From contig JAZNMH010000027.1 in the NCBI GenBank assembly GCA_045579505.1, positions 11,434 to 75,433 of the forward strand: a DNA stretch of 64,000 nucleotides. The letters run 5' to 3'. The notes beneath the pieces are model-generated. The model made no database searches. It was not told where the DNA came from and saw only the letters and a list, made by a program, of their open reading frames with translations. The position numbers were made by a program, and so were the translations under genes. This stretch comes from Paludibacteraceae bacterium. Lineage in GTDB: Bacteria > Bacteroidota > Bacteroidia > Bacteroidales > Paludibacteraceae. The stretch's first letter is position 1. The number at the start of each line of letters is the position of its first letter. Shown here piece by piece: positions 17,504-24,780 of this stretch.

Positions 17504-17511
17504 CAAAGGTA
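17504..17511 (-). promoter_or_regulatory. -7 promoter box (TACCTTTG) for the AbiE operon
   Basis: The reverse strand reads TACCTTTG, about 68 nt upstream of the ATG at 17436. Confidence 0.5.
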
Positions 17512-17553
17512 CAACAAAAAATGCACATACGCAAGTAAAGCGAGAATTATTTT

Positions 17554-17577
17554 CAAAAAAGATAGATTTTTCTATCT
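17554..17577 (-). terminator. Weak intrinsic terminator-like hairpin
   Basis: AGATAGA-tttt-TCTATCT forms a 7-bp AT-rich stem. It is followed by a T-run on the minus strand. Confidence 0.3.
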
Positions 17578-17861
17578 GCAATACAATTCCACTTACACTG
17601 TGGGAGTGTACTCACGACGGAGCAAGTGGAATAGTATAGCAATGAGGTGTTAACCGTTTTTGAAATAATGTGAGCGAACTGGAGTATGGGCTGCATGATG
17701 CGAAAGTAGCTACGAGGGAATGCCGTAGGCAGGCAGATGTTCGAAGGTAGTGATTTTATTTGGTTTGTGCAAATGTTTTTTGCTATTTTGTCAGAAATCC
17801 CCGATTTTTGGGTTTTGCAGGATATGTAAATTCTCTGTTGGCTAGGCGACCACCATAGGAG

Positions 17862-17906
17862 ATCTGTGGGACTTCTATGGGCTTTCGGTGGCTTTTAGGT
17901 TGCTCT
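17862..17906 (+). repeat. Copy 1 of an intergenic repeat of about 45 nt (partner at 33126-33168, inverted)
   Basis: atctgtgggacttctatgggctttcggtggcttttaggttgctc aligns with the reverse complement of 33126-33168 (gtctgtagaacttcggtgggctttctgtggcttttagtttctc). About 35 of 43 positions are identical by hand alignment. Confidence 0.7.
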
Positions 17907-18173
17907 CAAGCTGCCCGCAGGATACGTGACCTGAAGGAGTGCGACGGAACGCACTCCGAGCGCAGCGCCCGAGAAGTCCCCACTTTGAGGAATCAGCGCA
18001 AGCATAGAACAAATTAGGCGACCATTGTAGCACATCTATCGCCTAGTTGTGCCCGATCTGAGGCGATTGTGTATCAGATATTTATGCCTCTATTTACAGT
18101 AATGCCGTATCTTCGGCATTTTGATGCTTTTGTGCCGAAAAATCGCTAGAGGGCAGTTACTATCTCTTTCCAT

Positions 18174-18216
18174 AAAAAAGAATGCTACCTTTATACAAGG
18201 CTTGCATAAAGGTAGC
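18174..18216 (-). terminator. Rho-independent terminator of the three-gene secreted-protein operon
   Basis: GCTACCTTTA-13 nt-TAAAGGTAGC forms a 10-bp stem. On the minus strand it is followed by TTCTTTTTTA. It lies 24 nt after the stop at 18240. Confidence 0.6.
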
Positions 18217-18239
18217 ACATAAAGAAGAATAATACCTAA

Positions 18240-18788
18240 TTATTCTGGCATAAATTCAAAGGTATCTATTACTCTTAGGTCTTCAATAACCTTTTCAAAC
18301 TTTTCGAGTTTTTTAACACCAAACCAACTAATAGTTATACAAATAACATATCCATCCTTTGCGAAGCTATATTGTCTAATGCGAACTCCTTTGGGATTTT
18401 CAATATCAATGTATTTGCAGCGGATTCCATTTATTCTGCCCTCCTTAATTTCTGATATAGACTTTACTTGAAATTTCTTTGGAGAATTAGCAGATTGTTC
18501 CATCGTTTTATCAATGACTTCTTCTAAAATTTGATCAGGAGATTTTTTATCTTGTTTTTGCTTACTTACAGCCACCAAACTACCATTAAGTAGGCTTAAA
18601 ACATTATGTGGAATATTCTTATTAATCGTAAGAAATATCCAACTTACTCCATCTGCTTCAATTTCTCTTGGAAAGAGTTTTATCATACCTTGAGACTTGA
18701 ATTCAAAACTCATTCCGTCAAAATACACATCTTTTGCTTGGCAAAAAAGTGTTGAACATAGCAACACTAGTATTAAAATCTTTTTCAT
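18240..18788 (-). CDS. Hypothetical secreted or lipoprotein, no family recognised
   Basis: 182 aa with signal peptide MKKILILVLLCSTLFCQA. The DNA is AT-rich. It follows the upstream gene after 6 nt. Confidence 0.55.
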   Translation of the reverse strand: MKKILILVLLCSTLFCQAKDVYFDGMSFEFKSQGMIKLFPREIEADGVSWIFLTINKNIPHNVLSLLNGSLVAVSKQKQDKKSPDQILEEVIDKTMEQSANSPKKFQVKSISEIKEGRINGIRCKYIDIENPKGVRIRQYSFAKDGYVICITISWFGVKKLEKFEKVIEDLRVIDTFEFMPE

Positions 18789-18794
18789 CTTTTA

Positions 18795-19451
18795 TTATCT
18801 TATAGCATTAAACAAATCTTGGATAGCTTGATTATAGGTTTTGAGGACGCGATCCCATTGTTGATAGCACTCATCGCCACCACCACAATCGTGCCAAGCA
18901 TACTCAGATTGCAACTTAACGCGATAGCGGAGATCGTCTTGTCCAATCATTTCCTTCACTTCGATACGAGTACGGATTGTTGCATATGCAAAATCTTGTT
19001 TCATCCATGCACTACGCAACCAGCCTGCGCTTTTATCCATAATCTCCATATCTGGGAATACATCTGTTAAGTACAACACAAGACGCTTCCAAACCTCATC
19101 TGATGACATACCTTCACGAACAACGATTGTCATAGATTTGTTTGCAAGATCACTACTTGCTTCTGAATTTGCGTATGCTTCATCTACCTCCAATTGATAT
19201 GTAAATGTATTTTGTTTATTCGCCTTGTAAACTTTAATTGTTTTATCAATATAGCCAGGAGCTTTCAGTTTGAAAAGCATATAATCTTCACGTCCCATTT
19301 GGAATGTGTAAGAACCCTGACCAACTTCTGCACCTTTATGAAAGATTTTTGCATTATCAGGAATAACATTGATTGTTTTTGTTCTACCAAATTGTGCATT
19401 TGCACCGATTGTTGCACCAAGGAGCAACACAAATAACAAGATTTTCTTCAT
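18795..19451 (-). CDS. Hypothetical secreted protein with a weak PEGA-like N-terminal domain
   Basis: 218 aa with signal peptide MKKILLFVLLLGATIGANA. The segment INVIPDNAKIFHKGAEVGQGSY...KAPGYIDKTIKV resembles a PEGA fold. The C-terminal half is unrecognised. Confidence 0.55.
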   Translation of the reverse strand: MKKILLFVLLLGATIGANAQFGRTKTINVIPDNAKIFHKGAEVGQGSYTFQMGREDYMLFKLKAPGYIDKTIKVYKANKQNTFTYQLEVDEAYANSEASSDLANKSMTIVVREGMSSDEVWKRLVLYLTDVFPDMEIMDKSAGWLRSAWMKQDFAYATIRTRIEVKEMIGQDDLRYRVKLQSEYAWHDCGGGDECYQQWDRVLKTYNQAIQDLFNAIR

Positions 19452-19479
19452 GTTTCAATTTATTTTTTCTTGAGCCTAC

Positions 19480-19719
19480 TCACTTATTTGGCTTTTCGGC
19501 ATACTCCATTGTACCGATTGGAAACATACGCACATAAAAAGAGCGCGGTACTTTTAGTGTATCTCGCTCTCTAAGGTGTTTGGCGTAACCATGACTCACA
19601 AGATAGCATAAAAGCCCACGCCAATACGTGAACATTTTATCCATATCCTTTCGAGTCTTTAGAGTCGCCAAACTTTTAGAGAGAAAGAATAAGCTAAAAC
19701 GCTTTTTTCTATATTTCAT
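19480..19719 (-). CDS. Small basic hypothetical protein (79 aa), first ORF after the promoter at 19801
   Basis: It starts with an ATG and has no recognisable family. Support comes only from its position between a -7 box and the two secreted-protein genes. Confidence 0.3.
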   Translation of the reverse strand: MKYRKKRFSLFFLSKSLATLKTRKDMDKMFTYWRGLLCYLVSHGYAKHLRERDTLKVPRSFYVRMFPIGTMEYAEKPNK

Positions 19720-19800
19720 GATGTGCGTACAATAATACGCTATTGTTTCATAGGCAAATTATTTTGTCATTTATTTTATGGTTAACTTACATTTCCGCTG

Positions 19801-19808
19801 CAAAGGTA
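19801..19808 (-). promoter_or_regulatory. -7 promoter box (TACCTTTG) for the 19719-18240 operon
   Basis: The reverse strand reads TACCTTTG, about 82 nt upstream of the ATG at 19719. Confidence 0.45.
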
Positions 19809-19889
19809 GTAATTTATTTTGAATTGAGCAAGAAAAAATGCATTTTGGGGCGATTTTTAGTTTAGAGAACGAGTTGATAGTATAAAAAT

Positions 19890-19975
19890 TTAGGAAATGA
19901 GTCAACCTTTTTAGGACAGTAGTCAACTTTTTCAGGAATGGAGTCTAACTATTTAGGAAGTCAATCTTAATAAAT
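19890..19975. repeat. Four tandem units of about 21 nt (AGGAnnnnAGTCAACnTTTTT)
   Basis: The units read taggaaatgagtcaaccttttt / aggacagtagtcaactttttc / aggaatggagtctaactattt / aggaagtcaatcttaataaat. Confidence 0.75.
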
Positions 19976-20008
19976 AGCACTTTTTGGTCATAGGGAGTTG
20001 AGTCGGAG

Positions 20009-20041
20009 TTCTCTCGGTCGTCTCTCGGTGTTCTCTCGGTG
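20009..20041. repeat. Three 11-nt tandem units (nTCTCTCGGTn)
   Basis: The units read ttctctcggtc / gtctctcggtg / ttctctcggtg. They are flanked by an imperfect 31-nt direct repeat at 19962-19992 and 20078-20108. Confidence 0.8.
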
Positions 20042-20131
20042 GAATAAGGCAAGGTATAAAAGAAGAAAAGAGAATGGCAATCTTAACAAACAGCACTTTT
20101 TAGGTATAAACCATAAGTGACGAGTTATAAG

Positions 20132-21532
20132 TTATATCCCGTACTTTTTCAGTTTGGCGTAGAGGGTTGGGCGGCTGATGTTGAGGGCTTTGGCTACTAA
20201 AGACAAGTTGCCATCGTGTTGCGCCATAGCGTTGCGGATAGCACGCTCTTCGACGGTTTCTAAAGTCTCTACAGTATCGCTGTCGGCTGTTGGATATTGG
20301 CTATTGGACGGCGTTCTGCCTATTGGGTATGGGGTGTTGGATGGCAACGGCAGTTGCAAGTCGGCAAGGGTGAGTGTGGCGCCTTCGGAGAGGATGACGG
20401 CTTTTTCAATGCAGTTGTTGAGTTCGCGGATATTGCCCGACCAAGTATGTGCCATCAGGGCTTGTTGTGCTTCGGGTGCCAACGCATTCACACTGCGGTG
20501 GTAGCGTTCGGCATAGGTTTGCATGAAGCGTTCAGCAAGCGGCAGAATCTCGTCTTGGCGTTGGCGAAGTGGTGGAAGTTGCAGGTGCATCGTGTTGATA
20601 CGGTAGTACAAGTCCTCACGGAAGGTGCCGTCCTGTACCATTTGCGGAATGTCGCGGTTGGTAGCACAGATAAGGCGGATATCAATAGGTATCTCTTTGG
20701 TATCGCCGACACGCACGATAGAACGGTTTTGCAGCACGCGCAGAAGTTTAGCTTGCAAGTGCAATGGGATATTGCCAATCTCATCGAGGAAGAGCGTACC
20801 GCCGTTGGCTTGCTCGAACGTACCCATTTTGTCGGCATGTGCATCGGTGAAAGCTCCTTTGACATGTCCGAACAGTTCGCTCTCGAAGAGTGTTTCGGTG
20901 ATAGCGCCTGCGTCCACGCACACCATCGGTTGCGCAGCGCGAGCCGACAGGCGATGAATCTCGTTGGCAAGGACATCTTTACCCGTACCATTCTCGCCCG
21001 TGATGAGGATAGAGGCATCGGTGATAGCCACTTTATCCAGTTGTTTGCGAATCGTGGTCATAGCAGGGCTGGTGCCCCAGTGCATTTTGGGCGATTGGCT
21101 ATTGGTTATGGGCAATGGGGAAGGAGATTTCTTGCCTGTGCGTTTCTTGCATTGTTGGTACGCAAGGGTAAGAGTCTCAACGAGTTTGTTGTTGTCCCAA
21201 GGCTTGACGATAAAATCGAAAGCTCCGCGTTTCATACCCTCTACTGCGAGTTGAATATCGCCGTAGGCGGTGAAGAGCACCACTTCGATATTAGGTGCAA
21301 ACTGTTTGATTTCGGAGAGCCAGTATAGTCCTTCGTTGCCTGTGTTGATAGCGGTTTGGAAGTTCATATCCAGCAGTACTACATCGGGTTGCAGTTCGCG
21401 AATAGTGGATAACAATGACTTAGGCGAAGACAGCATCTCCACCTGAGCAAAGAATCGTGGCAGCAACATCTCCAGCGCTGCGCGAATACCTTTGTTGTCG
21501 TCCACAACAAGTATTTTGGCTTTGGATTTCAT
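20132..21532 (-). CDS. NtrC-type sigma-54-dependent response regulator (receiver, AAA+ and Fis-type HTH domains)
   Basis: 466 aa counted from the internal ATG at 21532 (MKSKAKILVVDDNKGIR). Walker A is GENGTGKD, the GAFTDA loop is present, and the sigma-54 interaction motifs are ESELFGH and RVLQNRSI. The C-terminal HTH is LVAKALNISRPTLYAKLKKYGI. Confidence 0.9.
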   Translation of the reverse strand: MKSKAKILVVDDNKGIRAALEMLLPRFFAQVEMLSSPKSLLSTIRELQPDVVLLDMNFQTAINTGNEGLYWLSEIKQFAPNIEVVLFTAYGDIQLAVEGMKRGAFDFIVKPWDNNKLVETLTLAYQQCKKRTGKKSPSPLPITNSQSPKMHWGTSPAMTTIRKQLDKVAITDASILITGENGTGKDVLANEIHRLSARAAQPMVCVDAGAITETLFESELFGHVKGAFTDAHADKMGTFEQANGGTLFLDEIGNIPLHLQAKLLRVLQNRSIVRVGDTKEIPIDIRLICATNRDIPQMVQDGTFREDLYYRINTMHLQLPPLRQRQDEILPLAERFMQTYAERYHRSVNALAPEAQQALMAHTWSGNIRELNNCIEKAVILSEGATLTLADLQLPLPSNTPYPIGRTPSNSQYPTADSDTVETLETVEERAIRNAMAQHDGNLSLVAKALNISRPTLYAKLKKYGI

Positions 21533-21540
21533 AGTGGGTG

Positions 21541-21548
21541 CAAAGGTA
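21541..21548 (-). promoter_or_regulatory. -7 box (TACCTTTG) only 9 nt upstream of the regulator ATG
   Basis: The reverse strand reads TACCTTTG, and the ATG is at 21532. This implies a near-leaderless transcript if the box is functional. Confidence 0.3.
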
Positions 21549-21618
21549 CAACAAAAATTGCGTATATACAAATTTTGAGTGGAAAAAGTGCAAGAGGGGT
21601 TAAAAGTTTTAAGGGTAA

Positions 21619-21653
21619 TTCTGCTCTGCACCCGTATTTGATGCAGAGCAGAA
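21619..21653 (-). terminator. 12-bp hairpin between the permease gene and the regulator gene
   Basis: TTCTGCTCTGCA-11 nt-TGCAGAGCAGAA lies 10 nt after the stop at 21663. There is no clean T-run. Confidence 0.4.
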
Positions 21654-21662
21654 AAGATGTTT

Positions 21663-24062
21663 TTATTCCGTTCGGAGGGATTCCACGGGGTTGGAGGTGG
21701 CGGTGCGGAGGCTGGCGAGGGTAACCACCAGAGCCGTGATAAAGAGCACTGCCAGCAACGCTACCACAAACACCCAAACGGCTATCGGTGCACGGTACGC
21801 GAAAGTGCTATAGTAATAGTCCGTAATAAAGTAACTGATTGGCGCAGCGATGAGGAAACAAATGCCCACAATAATCATAAACTTGCGGTTGAACATCACC
21901 AATATCTCACGCACGGTAGCACCATTCACGCGGCGGATACCAATCTCCTTGCGGCGGTACTGCGTTTCGAAAATCACCAATCCCAACACACCCATCAGCG
22001 AAATTATAATCGCCAACATCGTGAATAGCGAAATCGTCGTAGTCAGTTGTTGCTCTTTTTGGTAGTTCTCGCCCAGTTCCTCGTCGAAGAAGTTGATTTT
22101 CACTTTCTCTGACCCAAAATGTGGAAGTACTTTGTCCGTCGCGTTATGGATTGTCTCAAACACAGAACGGATATCTGCATTCTCCACTGTGCGGATATAG
22201 CAATGGTCCGTTACCCAAAAGTTGACATCGCCATAGATATAGAATGCAAGGGCTTCGCTTTCATACTGCAAGGGTTTATAGTGAATATCGCGGCAGAAAC
22301 CCGTCGCTTCATGCGGATTCATTCCCCATGAGATTTTATCTTCCAAATTGAGGTTGTACTTCTTTTGGGCATACTCATTGAGGATAATAGCACCCTCACC
22401 TTTCTCATCTGAAGGCAAGAAATTGCGTCCTTCTACCACCTCTATGCCCATCACTTGTAGGAAGTTCCAAGATACAGGCAGCACGCGAATCATCATCTGT
22501 TGGTCGTTATGCCAGCGTCCCCATGTCATACCGTCGTTCATGGTGATAGGTCCTTGAGACCATGCAACATCTTTTATATTTGGATTATTCAGCAATTCAT
22601 TGCTAAACGCTTCGCGGTTCTCCATATTTCGTACAGGTATATGCGTGGTCAATAGGCACTCCTTGTTGTAGCCCATGTCGTAACTCATCATGTACTTATG
22701 TTGTTGTTTGAAAAACATTGCGCAGATGATGAATGCAATCGAAATCACAAACTGCAAACCAATCAGCGCATAGCGCAGCGACTTGCCTTTTTGCGACATG
22801 CCAAACGAACCCTTGATTGCCAGCGCAGGTGGGAAAGAGGTGGCGTACATGGCAGGATACAGACCCGCCATGAGCGTCATCACCAAAGCAATGCCCACGG
22901 TTAGCACCGCAACAACCATATTTTTACTTAACGCCAAGTCGCAAGAGATGAAGTGCGCCCACTCCGACGAACGGAACAACAGCACCACCACTACCGCCAA
23001 TACCAACGCTATCGCCACTAGCATAGCCGATTCTGCCAAGAAACGCCCTACTAATGCAGCACGCGAACTGCCCAAAATCTTGCGCGTGTTCACACTACGA
23101 ATACGCATAGGCACTTGCGCAAAGAAGAAGTTCACGAAGTTGATGAGCGTAATAATCACTATCAACGCAGCCACAATCATCAGCGTCATGGTGCTGGTCT
23201 TGTTGCCTTTTTGTCCTACTTGATAGTTCAGATCTTGACAAAAATACAATTCTTGTAATGGGATGAGCGTTAGTTGCTTGTCGTTCATAAACTCTTCCAT
23301 CTCGTTGAGTTTATTTTCGAGTGCTTCGTTCAGTCCTCCCATACTGCGATAATGTGCTATCTGCTGGGATTGTATGTCTCTATATTTACTACCTCCTACT
23401 TCCTCAAAGTTTGCTTTGTCTTCAGCCGAATGCAATTTAACGAAGTAGTTGTACGACCAGTTACTCGTATTGTTGAGGTCTTGCCTTTCGAGCATATCGC
23501 AGCATATCATCTCCAATTCGCCTAGGTCGCTGGTCGTGGGTTGGTCTTTATAGATGGCGCAAATGGTGTATGGAAAAGACTTATTGCTAAAGGCAATATT
23601 GATACAATCATCTACCGCTACGCCCATACGCTTAGCTGCACTTTGGCTGATAGCCACATAAGCGTGAGTTCCTATATCATTCATAGAACCCGCAATCGGC
23701 TGAATACCAAACACCTTTAAAGCACCCGAAGTAGCTTGCATAGTTTTGACAGGGAAGGTCTTGGCTTCTGTTCCTTCGCCTACTGTGACCATTGTTTCTG
23801 TTTGGGTATGTTCGTTCAGTTGCGCAATACCGTATGCCTCCACAGAAGGTATATTGGTAATTATCTCCTCTGCCATAGGGCGGTTGATGTATGCATTGGC
23901 TTTCTCCTGTCCGAACATTGGCAATGTCATCAGATACACGCGCTCGGAGTCGGGGATAGCGCGGTTATAAGTCAGGTCGTAATGCACCTGCACGAGAATG
24001 ATATACAGCGCAGCAAACGCCGCCGTCATTCCCAAAATATTTAATAACTTTGAAAATTTCAT
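21663..24062 (-). CDS. ABC transporter permease, FtsX/MacB type with a large extracytoplasmic domain
   Basis: 799 aa. It has an N-terminal TM, a long soluble domain, two FtsX-type 3-4 TM blocks, and a C-terminal PVESLRTE. Confidence 0.85.
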   Translation of the reverse strand: MKFSKLLNILGMTAAFAALYIILVQVHYDLTYNRAIPDSERVYLMTLPMFGQEKANAYINRPMAEEIITNIPSVEAYGIAQLNEHTQTETMVTVGEGTEAKTFPVKTMQATSGALKVFGIQPIAGSMNDIGTHAYVAISQSAAKRMGVAVDDCINIAFSNKSFPYTICAIYKDQPTTSDLGELEMICCDMLERQDLNNTSNWSYNYFVKLHSAEDKANFEEVGGSKYRDIQSQQIAHYRSMGGLNEALENKLNEMEEFMNDKQLTLIPLQELYFCQDLNYQVGQKGNKTSTMTLMIVAALIVIITLINFVNFFFAQVPMRIRSVNTRKILGSSRAALVGRFLAESAMLVAIALVLAVVVVLLFRSSEWAHFISCDLALSKNMVVAVLTVGIALVMTLMAGLYPAMYATSFPPALAIKGSFGMSQKGKSLRYALIGLQFVISIAFIICAMFFKQQHKYMMSYDMGYNKECLLTTHIPVRNMENREAFSNELLNNPNIKDVAWSQGPITMNDGMTWGRWHNDQQMMIRVLPVSWNFLQVMGIEVVEGRNFLPSDEKGEGAIILNEYAQKKYNLNLEDKISWGMNPHEATGFCRDIHYKPLQYESEALAFYIYGDVNFWVTDHCYIRTVENADIRSVFETIHNATDKVLPHFGSEKVKINFFDEELGENYQKEQQLTTTISLFTMLAIIISLMGVLGLVIFETQYRRKEIGIRRVNGATVREILVMFNRKFMIIVGICFLIAAPISYFITDYYYSTFAYRAPIAVWVFVVALLAVLFITALVVTLASLRTATSNPVESLRTE

Positions 24063-24074
24063 GTGTATTCAGTT

Positions 24075-24755
24075 CTACAATTGGTTCTTAACGTCTTTCA
24101 CGATTTCTCCATCGAACAGATTGATAATACGTTGCGCCGCAGAGGCATCGCGTTGCGAGTGGGTTACCATCACCACGGTGGTGCCTTCTGCATTGAGTTG
24201 GCAGAGCAGATCCATCACCTCTTTACCATTGCGCGAATCGAGGTTACCTGTGGGCTCATCGGCAAGGATCAGTTGAGGATTTGCCACTACGGCACGCGCG
24301 ATAGCTACACGCTGTTGCTGTCCACCCGACAACTGCTGGGGATAGTGCCCTGCACGGTGACTGATATTCATGCGTTTGAGTATTTCTGTCACACGGCGTT
24401 TGCGTTCCGATGCCGAGATATTGAGGTACTTCAGTGGCAGTTCCACATTCTCATATACGTTGAGTTCATCAATGAGGTTGAAGGACTGGAACACAAAGCC
24501 GATGTTTCCTTTGCGATAGTTGGTGCGTTCGCGTTCACGCAGGTTGGCTACTTCGGTGCCGAGTAGGTTGTAACTGCCGCCGCTTGGGTTGTCGAGCAAA
24601 CCAAGGATATTGAGCAGCGTGGACTTACCACAACCCGAAGGTCCCATGATGGCTACGAACTCGCCTTTGCTGATAGTGAATGACACATTGTTGAGTGCTG
24701 TGGTTTCGATTTCTTCTGTACGAAACACTTTGCTGAGATTAGTTACTTGGATCAT
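24075..24755 (-). CDS. ABC transporter ATP-binding protein (MacB/LolD-like)
   Basis: 226 aa with Walker A GPSGCGKST, signature LSGGQQQRVAIARA and Walker B ILADEPTGNLD. Confidence 0.95.
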   Translation of the reverse strand: MIQVTNLSKVFRTEEIETTALNNVSFTISKGEFVAIMGPSGCGKSTLLNILGLLDNPSGGSYNLLGTEVANLRERERTNYRKGNIGFVFQSFNLIDELNVYENVELPLKYLNISASERKRRVTEILKRMNISHRAGHYPQQLSGGQQQRVAIARAVVANPQLILADEPTGNLDSRNGKEVMDLLCQLNAEGTTVVMVTHSQRDASAAQRIINLFDGEIVKDVKNQL

Positions 24756-24780
24756 AATTGTATTGTTTTTATAGTTTATA

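Noticed and set aside
17580-18180. tRNA, tmRNA, riboswitch or retron ncRNA in the ORF-free patch
   Set aside because: I found no cloverleaf-compatible arms, no motif I can recognise by eye and no reverse transcriptase nearby. It needs a covariance-model scan, so it is reported only as an unexplained structured region.
19962-20108. The 31-nt direct repeat pair as proven attL/attR-type sites of the 4.4-kb insert
   Set aside because: Both copies lie on the same side of the insert, 116 nt apart, and I found no matching copy at the kinase-proximal end. I kept it only as a descriptive repeat.
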